DNA from: Thermoplasmatota archaeon
Lineage (GTDB): Archaea > Thermoplasmatota > Thermoplasmata > Thermoplasmatales > Thermoplasmataceae
Length of the DNA stretch: 64,000 bases
Direction: 5' to 3'
NCBI GenBank assembly: GCA_023488885.1
Contig: JAMDDH010000047.1
Coordinates: 19,079-83,078 of the forward strand
Shown: positions 46,521 to 55,562 of the stretch, one piece after another
How positions within the stretch are numbered: the first letter of the stretch is position 1
How the letters are laid out: each line of letters begins with the position of its first letter
The notes under the pieces: model-generated
Seen by the model: only the letters and a program-made list of their open reading frames with translations
Databases searched by the model: none
Told to the model about the DNA's origin: nothing
Position numbers and translations under genes: made by a program

Positions 46521-47525
46521 TGCTTCGGATGTCATTCTGTTGAATTCAACGAGATTGTATAAATAATAGAGCCTAAGTGCAAGACGCCCTGTCGCGAATT
46601 TCATTGCAGAGAAAGTCAACCAGACTAAGCTGTAACGAGTAAATACTGTCTTTGCCTCCCTTAACACAGATAGAATAGCCGTGAAAATTTCCCTCCTGCT
46701 GGAATGATCAGAGAGAAATGTAGTAATTAGCTTCATGTTGAAAAACGATGCCCGGACAAAAATCTCGGATGGTAGTCCTTCTGTCATTCTTAATGCGATG
46801 AGGTATATCCTGAGCGTGTTAGAATAGAAAGTGTGCTTCCTGAAAATGTAACTTGCATACTGGTCAAGGTAATTAGTTGTACTTACATGCACTCTGTACT
46901 TGGTAAGCCTATCCGGAACCAAGATCATTTTTCCTACGGTCGAAATAGCCATAAAAAACAAAAAAGGATCTATGCTCTGATCCACCTCCTCAAGAAATGA
47001 CAAATGCTTTAGCAGTGATTTTCTGCTGAATGCCATACAACTGCTGTACCAGTTAGCTCTATATTTTATGAAACCTGAAATAGACCTTCGGGATATCAGT
47101 GAGGTATCCAACATTAGTTCACGAGGAGGAACTGCTTCCTCACCCCCTTTAAATGGTAATCCATTCTCGTCAATTTTGGTGATGGAATGATGGGCGAAGA
47201 CGAGATCTGAATGGTGCTTGAACAGTTCCAGAATCTGAGCCATTTTTGTAGGGAGGAATTCATCGTCATCATCCAGTAAGAAAATTATTTCCCCTCTGGA
47301 AGCAATAACCGCAGGAACAAGTTTCTTTCCATGTCCTTTTTCATCCACAAATAGATTCTTATCCACAAGGCCGTCTATCTTCGAGTCTATTTTTTGGTCA
47401 CGAAAAGCCTTAACAACTATAATCTCGTAGTCTGAGCGTGGGATAGACTGTGATGATACCGATTCCACTGCCTTCAGAATAAACTCCTTCCTTTTGTACG
47501 TGTAAATTATAACCGAAGCAAGCAC
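46500..47525 (-). CDS. Glycosyltransferase family 2
   Basis: ASVIIYTYKRKEFILKAVESVSSQS and FLLDDDDEF (DxD). Confidence 0.8.
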   Translation of the reverse strand: MLASVIIYTYKRKEFILKAVESVSSQSIPRSDYEIIVVKAFRDQKIDSKIDGLVDKNLFVDEKGHGKKLVPAVIASRGEIIFLLDDDDEFLPTKMAQILELFKHHSDLVFAHHSITKIDENGLPFKGGEEAVPPRELMLDTSLISRRSISGFIKYRANWYSSCMAFSRKSLLKHLSFLEEVDQSIDPFLFFMAISTVGKMILVPDRLTKYRVHVSTTNYLDQYASYIFRKHTFYSNTLRIYLIALRMTEGLPSEIFVRASFFNMKLITTFLSDHSSRREIFTAILSVLREAKTVFTRYSLVWLTFSAMKFATGRLALRLYYLYNLVEFNRMTSEASNSGGL

Positions 47526-47879
47526 AGACTTCTTAACCCAATTCCTATGTTATTATATTAATGTTGACCATAGCATAGAAATAACATTCTCATTGTTTTC
47601 CTTTCTTTTACCCGGGTCTAAGCTTACTCAAATAATTTTGAGCGGGTTGAAAACATATTTGTCATACAGCATATATTTCACAAAATGGGGGAGTGCCTTT
47701 TTAAATCCTGGCTTGGAATCAATCTACTGGTAATGAGACCCTAAGTTGGAAGAGCTATTTCAGGTAGGCAGTTTTGTTACAGACAACACGATGGCGCTTC
47801 ACTTGGATGTCGTACCAGACAAATTAGTTAGCTCCACCTTCGAAAAGAGTGTTCGAGATCCTGCGGAAAAAGCTAGCTC

Positions 47880-48947
47880 TCATGCCGGCAATCCAAAAAT
47901 TTTCAAAGCTATCTCATTCGTGTTAGCTGGTTTGATGCATAAAAGGTTGGCTAATCTCTTGCTCAAGTCCTTGCAGGATTTTATATCTCTTGCGGAGACA
48001 AGATGACTTAATGATGCATCTTTTGTGTCAACTGTATCAACAAGCTCCCTTATCATAAAACCCTGATCCAGTAGCCATTCTATGACTGAATTTCTGCTCT
48101 TTCTTCTAGTCCTTAAAAGCTGATCGTTCTGCTCGACTGATATTATTATATTTTGGTTATCTCTTATCAATCTATCACAGCCTTGGAGTACTTCCAGTTC
48201 ATATCCTTCCACATCAATTTTCACGAAGTCTACAATTTTTCCTTTCAGTACATTATCAAGAGGTGTGACTTTAACAGAAACTTTTTGTTCGTAGTGATCA
48301 AGTTTGACTGAAGAATCGCATCCATCCTCGTTTGAGGAAAGATAGAAATCAATAAAGCCATCAGCATTTCCCAGTGCTACATTGTGAGTTGAAATATTGT
48401 TCAAAGAATTTAGGCCCACATTTTCGATAAGCCGTGGCAAATTCCTTGGAGACGGTTCAAAGGAGTGTACAAACCCAGTTGGGCCCACCAGCTTACTCGC
48501 CATCAGTGAGAAATAACCATTGTTAGCACCTGCATCCACAAACGTCATTCCAGGTTTCAAAAAGGATTGTATTATTTCTGAAAGGGTGCTTTCATAAATC
48601 TTCCGATTCTGGTGTAATGCAAAAATGGATGCATCGCGCAGGGACGATAGATCAAGGTTCATAGTGAAGTCATAAAAGTTAACTACCTGTCTTTCACCGT
48701 ATTCAGTTCTCAAATTCCTAAGGAAATTCCTGTGTGAGACGCCCTTCTCCCAAACTTTCTTAATGATAACTGGAAAAAACAAATTGTATATTATATCACT
48801 TCTTGAAATTTGCCTCCTGATAATTCTGGAATATGTCGGAGAAGTAATCCCGGAGTTTTCCAGAAAACTATCAAAAGAAGAGTGGTTGGCTCTTTGATTA
48901 TTGTGACTGAACGGATCCAACTCATTGCCTGTGGTCATATCATACAA
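47880..48947 (-). CDS. FkbM-family methyltransferase
   Basis: FVDAGANNGYFSLMASK and VKIDVEGYELEVL. Confidence 0.8.
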   Translation of the reverse strand: MYDMTTGNELDPFSHNNQRANHSSFDSFLENSGITSPTYSRIIRRQISRSDIIYNLFFPVIIKKVWEKGVSHRNFLRNLRTEYGERQVVNFYDFTMNLDLSSLRDASIFALHQNRKIYESTLSEIIQSFLKPGMTFVDAGANNGYFSLMASKLVGPTGFVHSFEPSPRNLPRLIENVGLNSLNNISTHNVALGNADGFIDFYLSSNEDGCDSSVKLDHYEQKVSVKVTPLDNVLKGKIVDFVKIDVEGYELEVLQGCDRLIRDNQNIIISVEQNDQLLRTRRKSRNSVIEWLLDQGFMIRELVDTVDTKDASLSHLVSARDIKSCKDLSKRLANLLCIKPANTNEIALKIFGLPA

Positions 48948-49159
48948 TTCCCGGTTAAACTAAAGGATGTTTTTCGCACCTGATTCAGCTTGTAATTATG
49001 TAGGTAATTGCATAACCTAAATTTCTTTCAATTTGTCGAGGAGAGAATTTCTGACACGCAATTTTGGCGTATGACGCTTCAGAAAATGCCTGGAGCCAGC
49101 CCTTGCTATCTCCTTCCACTCATCGGACCGCAACACATATCGATAAAACTTATTTTTAA
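48832..49159. repeat. Segmental duplication, copy 2
   Basis: See 42981..43307. Homology ends exactly at the inverted repeat of the element starting at 49160. Confidence 0.9.
49017..49159 (-). pseudogene. 3' remnant (~47 codons) of a second CgeB-like gene, truncated by the element at 49160
   Basis: It is collinear with 43165..43307, the end of CDS 43165..44193. Confidence 0.7.
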
Positions 49160-49906
49160 CTTGACTTCCGCATGAGATTCATTATCAATGTCTCATGCAG
49201 GTCCTTTATTTGATACTGTTTTTTGTGAATTATCAAAAATTATGTATGTGCACATTCATGGATTCTGGGATATGGCAATCCGAGGCTTTTCAGAATATCG
49301 GAAGCTTCCCTGCTCTCCGATGAAATGTACAGATCTCTCTTTTCCACACTGACCGGGACGACATCCAGGCAGTTCAGGTCCTTCCTTATGCTGTCTATTG
49401 TGAAAGTGGAAAGAATCAACTGGCGTTGACAAAATGATCATGAAGGACAATATCCGGGAGTCGGATCGGGTATGCCTTTCCGGGATTTTCAGAATGCCAT
49501 TCCTCTCCATGATGGTCCTGGAGGCATAGAAAAGACCGAAAGAGAACGTCGGCCTGATCTTCAGGTCATCCGGGGAGAATTTCCTCATGGCCTCCCTGTA
49601 TTCGTCAAATATCTTCCGGTATCTCTCCCTGTCCTCATCAGACTTCACGGGACCGAGGTATTTCAGGGTGCTGGTTTTCTGCTTCCTGTCCTCGACCAGC
49701 CTCTCAGCTATGGATGCATATTCCAGTACCGCTGATCCTCTCTTTACCTTTGTAAATCTCAGGAACACAGGGTAGAATCACATGTGAGTGTTTACGGAAA
49801 TATGCAGATATTGTGCACATACATCAAACGGAAAATATACCGGGAAACGTAAGGAATAAGGGAGTCGGTGACAGACAGTGACAGATTATCTCATGCGGAA
49901 GTCAAG
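49160..49906 (-). mobile_element. 747-bp MITE-like, internally deleted IS derivative with 19-bp perfect terminal inverted repeats
   Basis: CTTGACTTCCGCATGAGAT at 49160..49178 and its exact complement at 49888..49906. Inside there is only a transposase N-terminal fragment. Confidence 0.8.
49256..49768 (-). pseudogene. Transposase N-terminal fragment (IS1634/IS4-like pattern) followed by out-of-frame sequence
   Basis: KVKRGSAVLEYASIAERLVEDRKQKTSTLKYLGPV resembles IS1634-type N-termini. No DDE region is present. Confidence 0.45.
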
Positions 49907-50100
49907 TTCAATTGAATTTCTTGCGGTAATTTACTAACTGCATTGTTCGACAGGCCATTGAGAAGGTTTTCAGGGAGTTCACCTCTGCACGCCGTATTTG
50001 CCATCTATCATGTGCAGTATCTGGAAATGCAGGTACAGAGACAGGAGTGACATGGACTCAGTACACCAACGCAAAGTTAACCAGGTATTATGCGAAGTAA

Positions 50101-50808
50101 TTAACCAGCCACGACACTAACCTTTGCCAAGATATAATGTGCAAACCCAACAATGTCCCACAGATTTCCACCCTTGATTTTCCTCCCCGCTAAGACAATG
50201 GAAATCCAAACAAAGGGTGCAATAGCCACTCTGAACGGATCGTGACGTATGCCTATTCGTAATATTTCATACCCACTATTTGATAGAGTTTGCTCCATCT
50301 CTTCTAAAGTGTAAACTCTCTTGTGAGTATCATCATCATAGAAGTATAAGCAGCCTGCCCTGGATGGAAAGCCGAGACTTCTATCTGATGGGGTTTCCAC
50401 ATAGAGTAGTCCCCCTATTTCTTGATGTTCCCGTAATGCCGCCAGCACCTCGTTTCCATTGTCAAGGTGCTCAATGACGTGGGAAAAATTGATGACACTA
50501 TACTTTTCAGCAGGCGGCAGGGAGCGCAACACGTCTTTTTCCAGGTCAGCAAATCTAATGTCAAACAGGCCCACTTTGTCTCCCAGTTCGACCCGTGCCG
50601 GAAATTTGTCCAGTCCTACGTAATCGCATTCCGTTCCAAAAGCAAGCCTAAATAGTTGAGGGTATACTGTCCCGCATCCAATATCCAGGATCCTCACCTG
50701 CTCAAAGCGTCTCGAGTACTTTCTCAACAGGCGCACTCCAAACGGCGGAACGAACCTGTAGTAGATCAACCTAATTGACCAAAGGACTCTTGTCCAAGGT
50801 TTTCTCAT
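50101..50808 (-). CDS. Class I SAM-dependent methyltransferase
   Basis: ILDIGCGTVYP (motif I) and VINFSHVIEHL. Confidence 0.75.
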   Translation of the reverse strand: MRKPWTRVLWSIRLIYYRFVPPFGVRLLRKYSRRFEQVRILDIGCGTVYPQLFRLAFGTECDYVGLDKFPARVELGDKVGLFDIRFADLEKDVLRSLPPAEKYSVINFSHVIEHLDNGNEVLAALREHQEIGGLLYVETPSDRSLGFPSRAGCLYFYDDDTHKRVYTLEEMEQTLSNSGYEILRIGIRHDPFRVAIAPFVWISIVLAGRKIKGGNLWDIVGFAHYILAKVSVVAG

Positions 50809-51290
50809 TGTGCACGATAAAGACCAAGTTATTCATTACAATTACGGTACTTGGTAAGAGTTCAGCTGTCTGAAGTTATCCCGGGTCTGCCCTAAGAATT
50901 GGACTGTCCGCCTCTGTTCGGGATTCAATCACACCATTCGAAATGGAGGAATTCCTCACTCCATTGCCAGATTTTGATCCGCATCAGGTAGAGTGGCCTT
51001 AGCGTTCGCAAGAGATAAATATGATTCAACCTTTTTATTGTTGGAACAAAAAAGTGTGTGATTGTGGTTGGGGTTCATCTCTGGAGTCAGTTTGCTAAAT
51101 TTGTTTCTCAAGTTGAGACACCGATGGGAAAAGGCTGTAAATGCCAATTCATCAAATGTGGAGAAAAATTTCATTTTGAATGAAATTCATCTATTGACAA
51201 AGAAGTATTTGCAATCAGATGTGTTTTATTCCACCATCGTCAGAAATAATTCTAATCGCCGGTTAATTTTTCCATTTTGGATTGCCCGGA

Positions 51291-52274
51291 TCAGTAAAAA
51301 TGCCTCTCAACAAAACTCAAGACCTCATCTTTTCCGTATCCATTCTCCAGCAATAACTTGAGGAGAATCCTGGCTTTAGCTCCACTCAGATCACCTGCAG
51401 GGATAATCCCTCTGGAAATAAGGTCACGCTCACTTCCCGGAAAGCCATACGTTGATATCAGTACATCACCACTGCCGGTACGGGAGCACAGGATGACTGG
51501 CATCTTGCCAGCTATTCGTTTTATAACATCCAGATTCCAGTTGGGCATGTGACCTCCTCCAAATGCCTCAAGAATAAGCCCATCGTACCCAAGCGTTTCA
51601 ACTGATTCCAGAAGTCGCAGATCATCGGAAAGGGTTACTTTTAATAATGATACCTTCTTTCCGCTCTCTTTTTCAGGAAACTTTACGCGAACTCTTTTCA
51701 AGGGTTTCATGACTATTCTGATCTTACCTTCTGACACCCAGCCAATAGGCCCCAAGGGGTATGACGTGAAGGCTGAAAGACTTGAAGTGTTTGTCTTCCT
51801 TACATATCTTGCAGTGTGGATCTCATCATTCATAACAACAAGCACCCCCATGCCCCAAGATTCCGAATCAAGCGAAACAAGAATGGAAGACAGTATGTTA
51901 GATGGACCATCCGCCCCTAGAAGATCTGCATTTCTCATCGCTCCCGTCACAACAACCGGTACGTCCGAATCGTGAACCAGGTCAAGATAAAATGACGATT
52001 CCTCCAGAGTATCGGTTCCCTGAGAAAGTATCACTCCCTCCGATCCATTCGCTATTTCTCTCTTTACAAGGGCCGCAATGTCGTGAAGTTCCTGAAATGT
52101 AAGGCTTGCCGATGGAGCGGGTTTATATGGAACTGCAACAATTTCAACCTCTCCAATTTTCGCATTCACAAGCGATAATAAGTCAGATGAATCCAGTGCA
52201 GGAGATGCTCCTGTAGATGATACCTTTGATGAAATGGTTCCTCCAAGGGATATGAATGATATTTTTCTGGTCAT
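51291..52274 (-). CDS. L-asparaginase (type I-like)
   Basis: ISFISLGGTISS, ILSQGTDTLEESSF and VVVTGAMR. Confidence 0.8.
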   Translation of the reverse strand: MTRKISFISLGGTISSKVSSTGASPALDSSDLLSLVNAKIGEVEIVAVPYKPAPSASLTFQELHDIAALVKREIANGSEGVILSQGTDTLEESSFYLDLVHDSDVPVVVTGAMRNADLLGADGPSNILSSILVSLDSESWGMGVLVVMNDEIHTARYVRKTNTSSLSAFTSYPLGPIGWVSEGKIRIVMKPLKRVRVKFPEKESGKKVSLLKVTLSDDLRLLESVETLGYDGLILEAFGGGHMPNWNLDVIKRIAGKMPVILCSRTGSGDVLISTYGFPGSERDLISRGIIPAGDLSGAKARILLKLLLENGYGKDEVLSFVERHFY

Positions 52275-52491
52275 AGCAAGGGAACTTCTTTGGATTATTC
52301 AATAATTGTGCGTACCACTGATGTAACAGTACAATAAGGTTTGCCGATCGTTATTGAATACTAAAAACAGCACTAAAATACCCGATCAAAATGAAATTCA
52401 CAGGATTGCGCCATTACCCTTTCCACGGCGAAACTATTTTTTGAACGGAGAATATATCTCACAATCGACTCTTGAAAAGTTTGTGATTTAA

Positions 52492-53151
52492 ATGGGTGGA
52501 TCATACTCAAAGAAAGCGCATGATGAATTAGTGAATGCTATTTTCACCGGCAAACTTCGATTTGGACAGACACTCAACCAGAATAAGCTGGCGGGAACCC
52601 TTAACATGAGCAGAACACCTATAAGAGAGGCTCTTTTTGCCCTAGAACAGGAAGGGCTGCTGTCCAGGGATGGGCGATCGTATACTATCTCCTACATCTC
52701 CAAGGAGGAGATCGTTGAGCTTTACGAAGCAAGGATACTGCTGGAAAGCCAGGGAGCATACTTTTGCGCACAAAGAATGAACAGGGAAAGCAAAAAACGG
52801 CTGAAAGCCCACATGGAATACATAACAAAGGTGAAGGAAGCAAAATCAGCGAATCTGGTCGAACGCACCGAACTAAATGGTGAACTGCACAAGATGATAT
52901 CATTTTACGGCGGAAACAGATACATTTACAAGTTCATGCAGGAAGTCATCCTCAAGCTCACGCTGGTAAGGATAGCCCTTTTTACCATAGAAGGAGGGGA
53001 AGAGGAGGAATTCCAGGAGCATAAGATGATAGTTGATGCCGTGATCTCAATGAACCCAGAACTTTCAAAACAACTGATGCACGAGCACCTAACAAATGTT
53101 CTGGATTACGTCAAGGATAAGGTGATCCCAAAACTGTACTGGGAATCATGA
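52492..53151 (+). CDS. GntR-family transcriptional regulator (FadR/FCD-type C-terminal domain)
   Basis: LNQNKLAGTLNMSRTPIREALFALEQEGLL, followed by a helical C-terminal domain. Confidence 0.8.
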   Translation: MGGSYSKKAHDELVNAIFTGKLRFGQTLNQNKLAGTLNMSRTPIREALFALEQEGLLSRDGRSYTISYISKEEIVELYEARILLESQGAYFCAQRMNRESKKRLKAHMEYITKVKEAKSANLVERTELNGELHKMISFYGGNRYIYKFMQEVILKLTLVRIALFTIEGGEEEEFQEHKMIVDAVISMNPELSKQLMHEHLTNVLDYVKDKVIPKLYWES

Positions 53152-53211
53152 AATCCCCTGAAACGCTTCAATTGAGATAGAGATTGTTGGAAGGTCGGAC
53201 CTGATAAGGCA

Positions 53212-54372
53212 TCAGAGCCCGGTCGGTACTGGCGAGAAGTCCCATGTTCTTAGAATTTCTCCCCGGGTTAGTTTGCCATTCGCCACCTTCCTGATTCCAT
53301 TAAGAAGCTTGATTCCGGCTTCCCCGACGTTCATTTCTCCCGTGATTATGCCGCTTACATCTATGTCAATGTGATCCCCCATGCTGCGCACTGTTTTTAT
53401 ATTTCCAGTTATTTTTAGAACGGGAGTTATTCCAGGACCTCCGGAAGTATTGCCGGTTCCTGTAGAGAAAAGGATCATGTTCACACCTGCAGCAGCAAGG
53501 GCGGTTTGAACCTCATGTGCTCCCGATGGAGAGTCCATGAAATAAAGTCCTCTTCCATTTGGAATTTCAGCATATTCCAGAACCCCGTTTATCTGTGAGG
53601 TTCCGCTTTTGGAAATTGCCCCAAGTGATTTATCTTCAATTGTGCTTATGCCTCCTTCGATATTGTCTGGAACAGGGTTAATTCCAACCAGGTCTATGCC
53701 TTCTGAAAGAGCTATTGCCTCGTTAGACCTGGCAGCTTCCAGGATTTTTCTTGCGACCTCTTCATTTCTTGCCCTTTTTTGCAGTATATGTTCAGCACCA
53801 ATGATCTCCGTAGTTTCCGAGAATATAACAGTTCCCCCGTTTTCAACAATATAATCTGAGACCCATCCCACGGCAGGATTGGAAGCTATTCCGGAAGTTG
53901 CATCGCTTCCACCGCATTTAACTCCGAATGACAACCCGTCAATACCTATTGGCTCACGCTCCATCTCGCTTGCATTCAGGACCAATTCCAGTGCTTTCCT
54001 GGAGCCATCTCTCACTGCTTCTATGGTTCCTCCGGATTTCAGTATCATTACCGATTCTATGGGTTTCCTGGAACGTTTCCTGAAAGATTCAATATATTTT
54101 TCGGTTGTTCTCGGCTCATAACCGACAAGAAGAACCGATGAAATATTCGGGTTCAACGCAACATTAAGCATGGAGTTTTCAAAACGCTTCAGGTTTGTGC
54201 CAATTTCATTCCTGCCGTGATTCTGCGCCAGAGGTAAGGTACCGTGCACCTGTTCTGAGATCATCTGGACGACTCTGGAGCAGAACGGGGAGAGGCCGAT
54301 TACAGCTACATGATTTCTCAAAGCAGCCCTATTATCATCATTGTAGTATCCCTTGAGTTCAAAGTTTTTCAA
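53212..54372 (-). CDS. UxaA-family sugar-acid dehydratase, large subunit
   Basis: GVKCGGSDATSGIASNPAVG and TGTGNTSGGPGITPVLKITGN. Confidence 0.8.
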   Translation of the reverse strand: MKNFELKGYYNDDNRAALRNHVAVIGLSPFCSRVVQMISEQVHGTLPLAQNHGRNEIGTNLKRFENSMLNVALNPNISSVLLVGYEPRTTEKYIESFRKRSRKPIESVMILKSGGTIEAVRDGSRKALELVLNASEMEREPIGIDGLSFGVKCGGSDATSGIASNPAVGWVSDYIVENGGTVIFSETTEIIGAEHILQKRARNEEVARKILEAARSNEAIALSEGIDLVGINPVPDNIEGGISTIEDKSLGAISKSGTSQINGVLEYAEIPNGRGLYFMDSPSGAHEVQTALAAAGVNMILFSTGTGNTSGGPGITPVLKITGNIKTVRSMGDHIDIDVSGIITGEMNVGEAGIKLLNGIRKVANGKLTRGEILRTWDFSPVPTGL

Positions 54373-54658
54373 TTTTCCTCCCCCCTCTCAGTGATACCAC
54401 GTTATTCACGTGGACAAGTTCTCCAACATCTATATCGGCAAGAGCCTTTCCTATGATCTGTCCGTACTTGATTATATTCTGATCTTTCCCGATTTGACGC
54501 ACGGCAAATTTGTGACCAAACCGTATATTCTCCTTAATCGCAATTTCCCTGCCATTTTCCAGTCTCACCATTTCTCCTTTTGTCAAATCCGCAAGTGAAA
54601 CGGCCACATTATCCTCGTTGCCCATGATTATGCATTTTCGGGGTTTGGCTGAATCCAT
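54359..54658 (-). CDS. UxaA-family dehydratase, small SAF-domain subunit
   Basis: DNVAVSLADLTKGE...IKENIRFGHKFAVRQI. It overlaps the large subunit by 14 nt. Confidence 0.8.
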   Translation of the reverse strand: MDSAKPRKCIIMGNEDNVAVSLADLTKGEMVRLENGREIAIKENIRFGHKFAVRQIGKDQNIIKYGQIIGKALADIDVGELVHVNNVVSLRGGRKIEKL

Positions 54659-54660
54659 AT

Positions 54661-55332
54661 TCAGATCACCCTTGCTATAACTCTGGCGGGTGAACCGGTT
54701 GCGCCCTTAATGTTGATTGGATAGGCGTACACGAAAAGGTCAAAGGTCACCGCGGCTCTGAGATTTGCAAGATTCTCAATAATCAGGATTCCGTTTGAAA
54801 GAAGTTCTTTGTGCAGGGGCGATCCTTTTCTGAACGGACTCCTGAGGGGAGCATCAGGACCGGGAGTGTCGAGTCCTATTATCTTAATTCCAAGGTTAAT
54901 GAGGTAGGGGGCAGTTTCATTCGTAAGGAAGGGATATTCAGATTCATAGGCTTTTGTACCCCATTTATCTTCCCATCCTGTTCTCAGGAAGAGGATCTGT
55001 TTGCCCTTGATTCTCTCTTCGTGTGAAGAGAGGTCACTTACAGTTATTGGTTCGAGGGGGCCTTTGTTCAAATCAAGTACGGTACATTCTCCCATCATCT
55101 CAGTGAAATCAAGCTGATCGATTGATCTACCGCCTTGAACAAAATGAGATGGTGCATCCAGATGAGTCCCGCTGTGGAGATTCATTGAAAGATAGTTCTG
55201 TGTGCCGCCATTCAACTCCAGGAAGAATGTTTTAAGGGTGAATTCCTGCCGTTCTACGTTAGGCCAGTCGGGAACTGGCATAGTTTTATCAAAGTAATGG
55301 CTGAAATCAAACCATGTTGTCATATATAGCAA
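54661..55332 (-). CDS. Cyclase-family protein (kynurenine formamidase-like metal hydrolase)
   Basis: HSGTHLDAPSHF motif. Confidence 0.75.
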   Translation of the reverse strand: MLYMTTWFDFSHYFDKTMPVPDWPNVERQEFTLKTFFLELNGGTQNYLSMNLHSGTHLDAPSHFVQGGRSIDQLDFTEMMGECTVLDLNKGPLEPITVSDLSSHEERIKGKQILFLRTGWEDKWGTKAYESEYPFLTNETAPYLINLGIKIIGLDTPGPDAPLRSPFRKGSPLHKELLSNGILIIENLANLRAAVTFDLFVYAYPINIKGATGSPARVIARVI

Positions 55333-55470
55333 TATTCTTGTTGATTATAAAATATTTCTATTTTTGTATTTGACGGACTTTTGAAAAATAGGCATCATGG
55401 ATATCCAGTAATTTACGTATTCACCATACACACTTATTTTTATCAATATAATAGGATATTATTGTGTGTG

Positions 55471-55519
55471 GCATTCATTATATATATTTTTGGTTAATTT
55501 GTGATACCTTAATGAATGC
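55471..55519. promoter_or_regulatory. 10-bp perfect inverted repeat GCATTCATTA / TAATGAATGC (29-nt spacer) in the divergent promoter region
   Basis: The arms are at 55471..55480 and 55510..55519, between the cyclase operon and the MFS gene. It is a candidate operator pair. Confidence 0.3.
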
Positions 55520-55530
55520 ATAAAACATAT

Positions 55531-55540
55531 TATTTAAATA
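55531..55540 (+). promoter_or_regulatory. TATA-box-like element (TATTTAAATA) upstream of the MFS gene
   Basis: It lies 23-32 nt upstream of the ATG at 55563. Confidence 0.4.
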
Positions 55541-55562
55541 TTAAAACTGCTTACTTTTTACA

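Noticed and set aside
50809-51361. ORFs 50956..51174 and 51062..51361
   Set aside because: They overlap each other, and the second also overlaps the asparaginase 3' end, within a ~480-bp spacer. They have no motifs.
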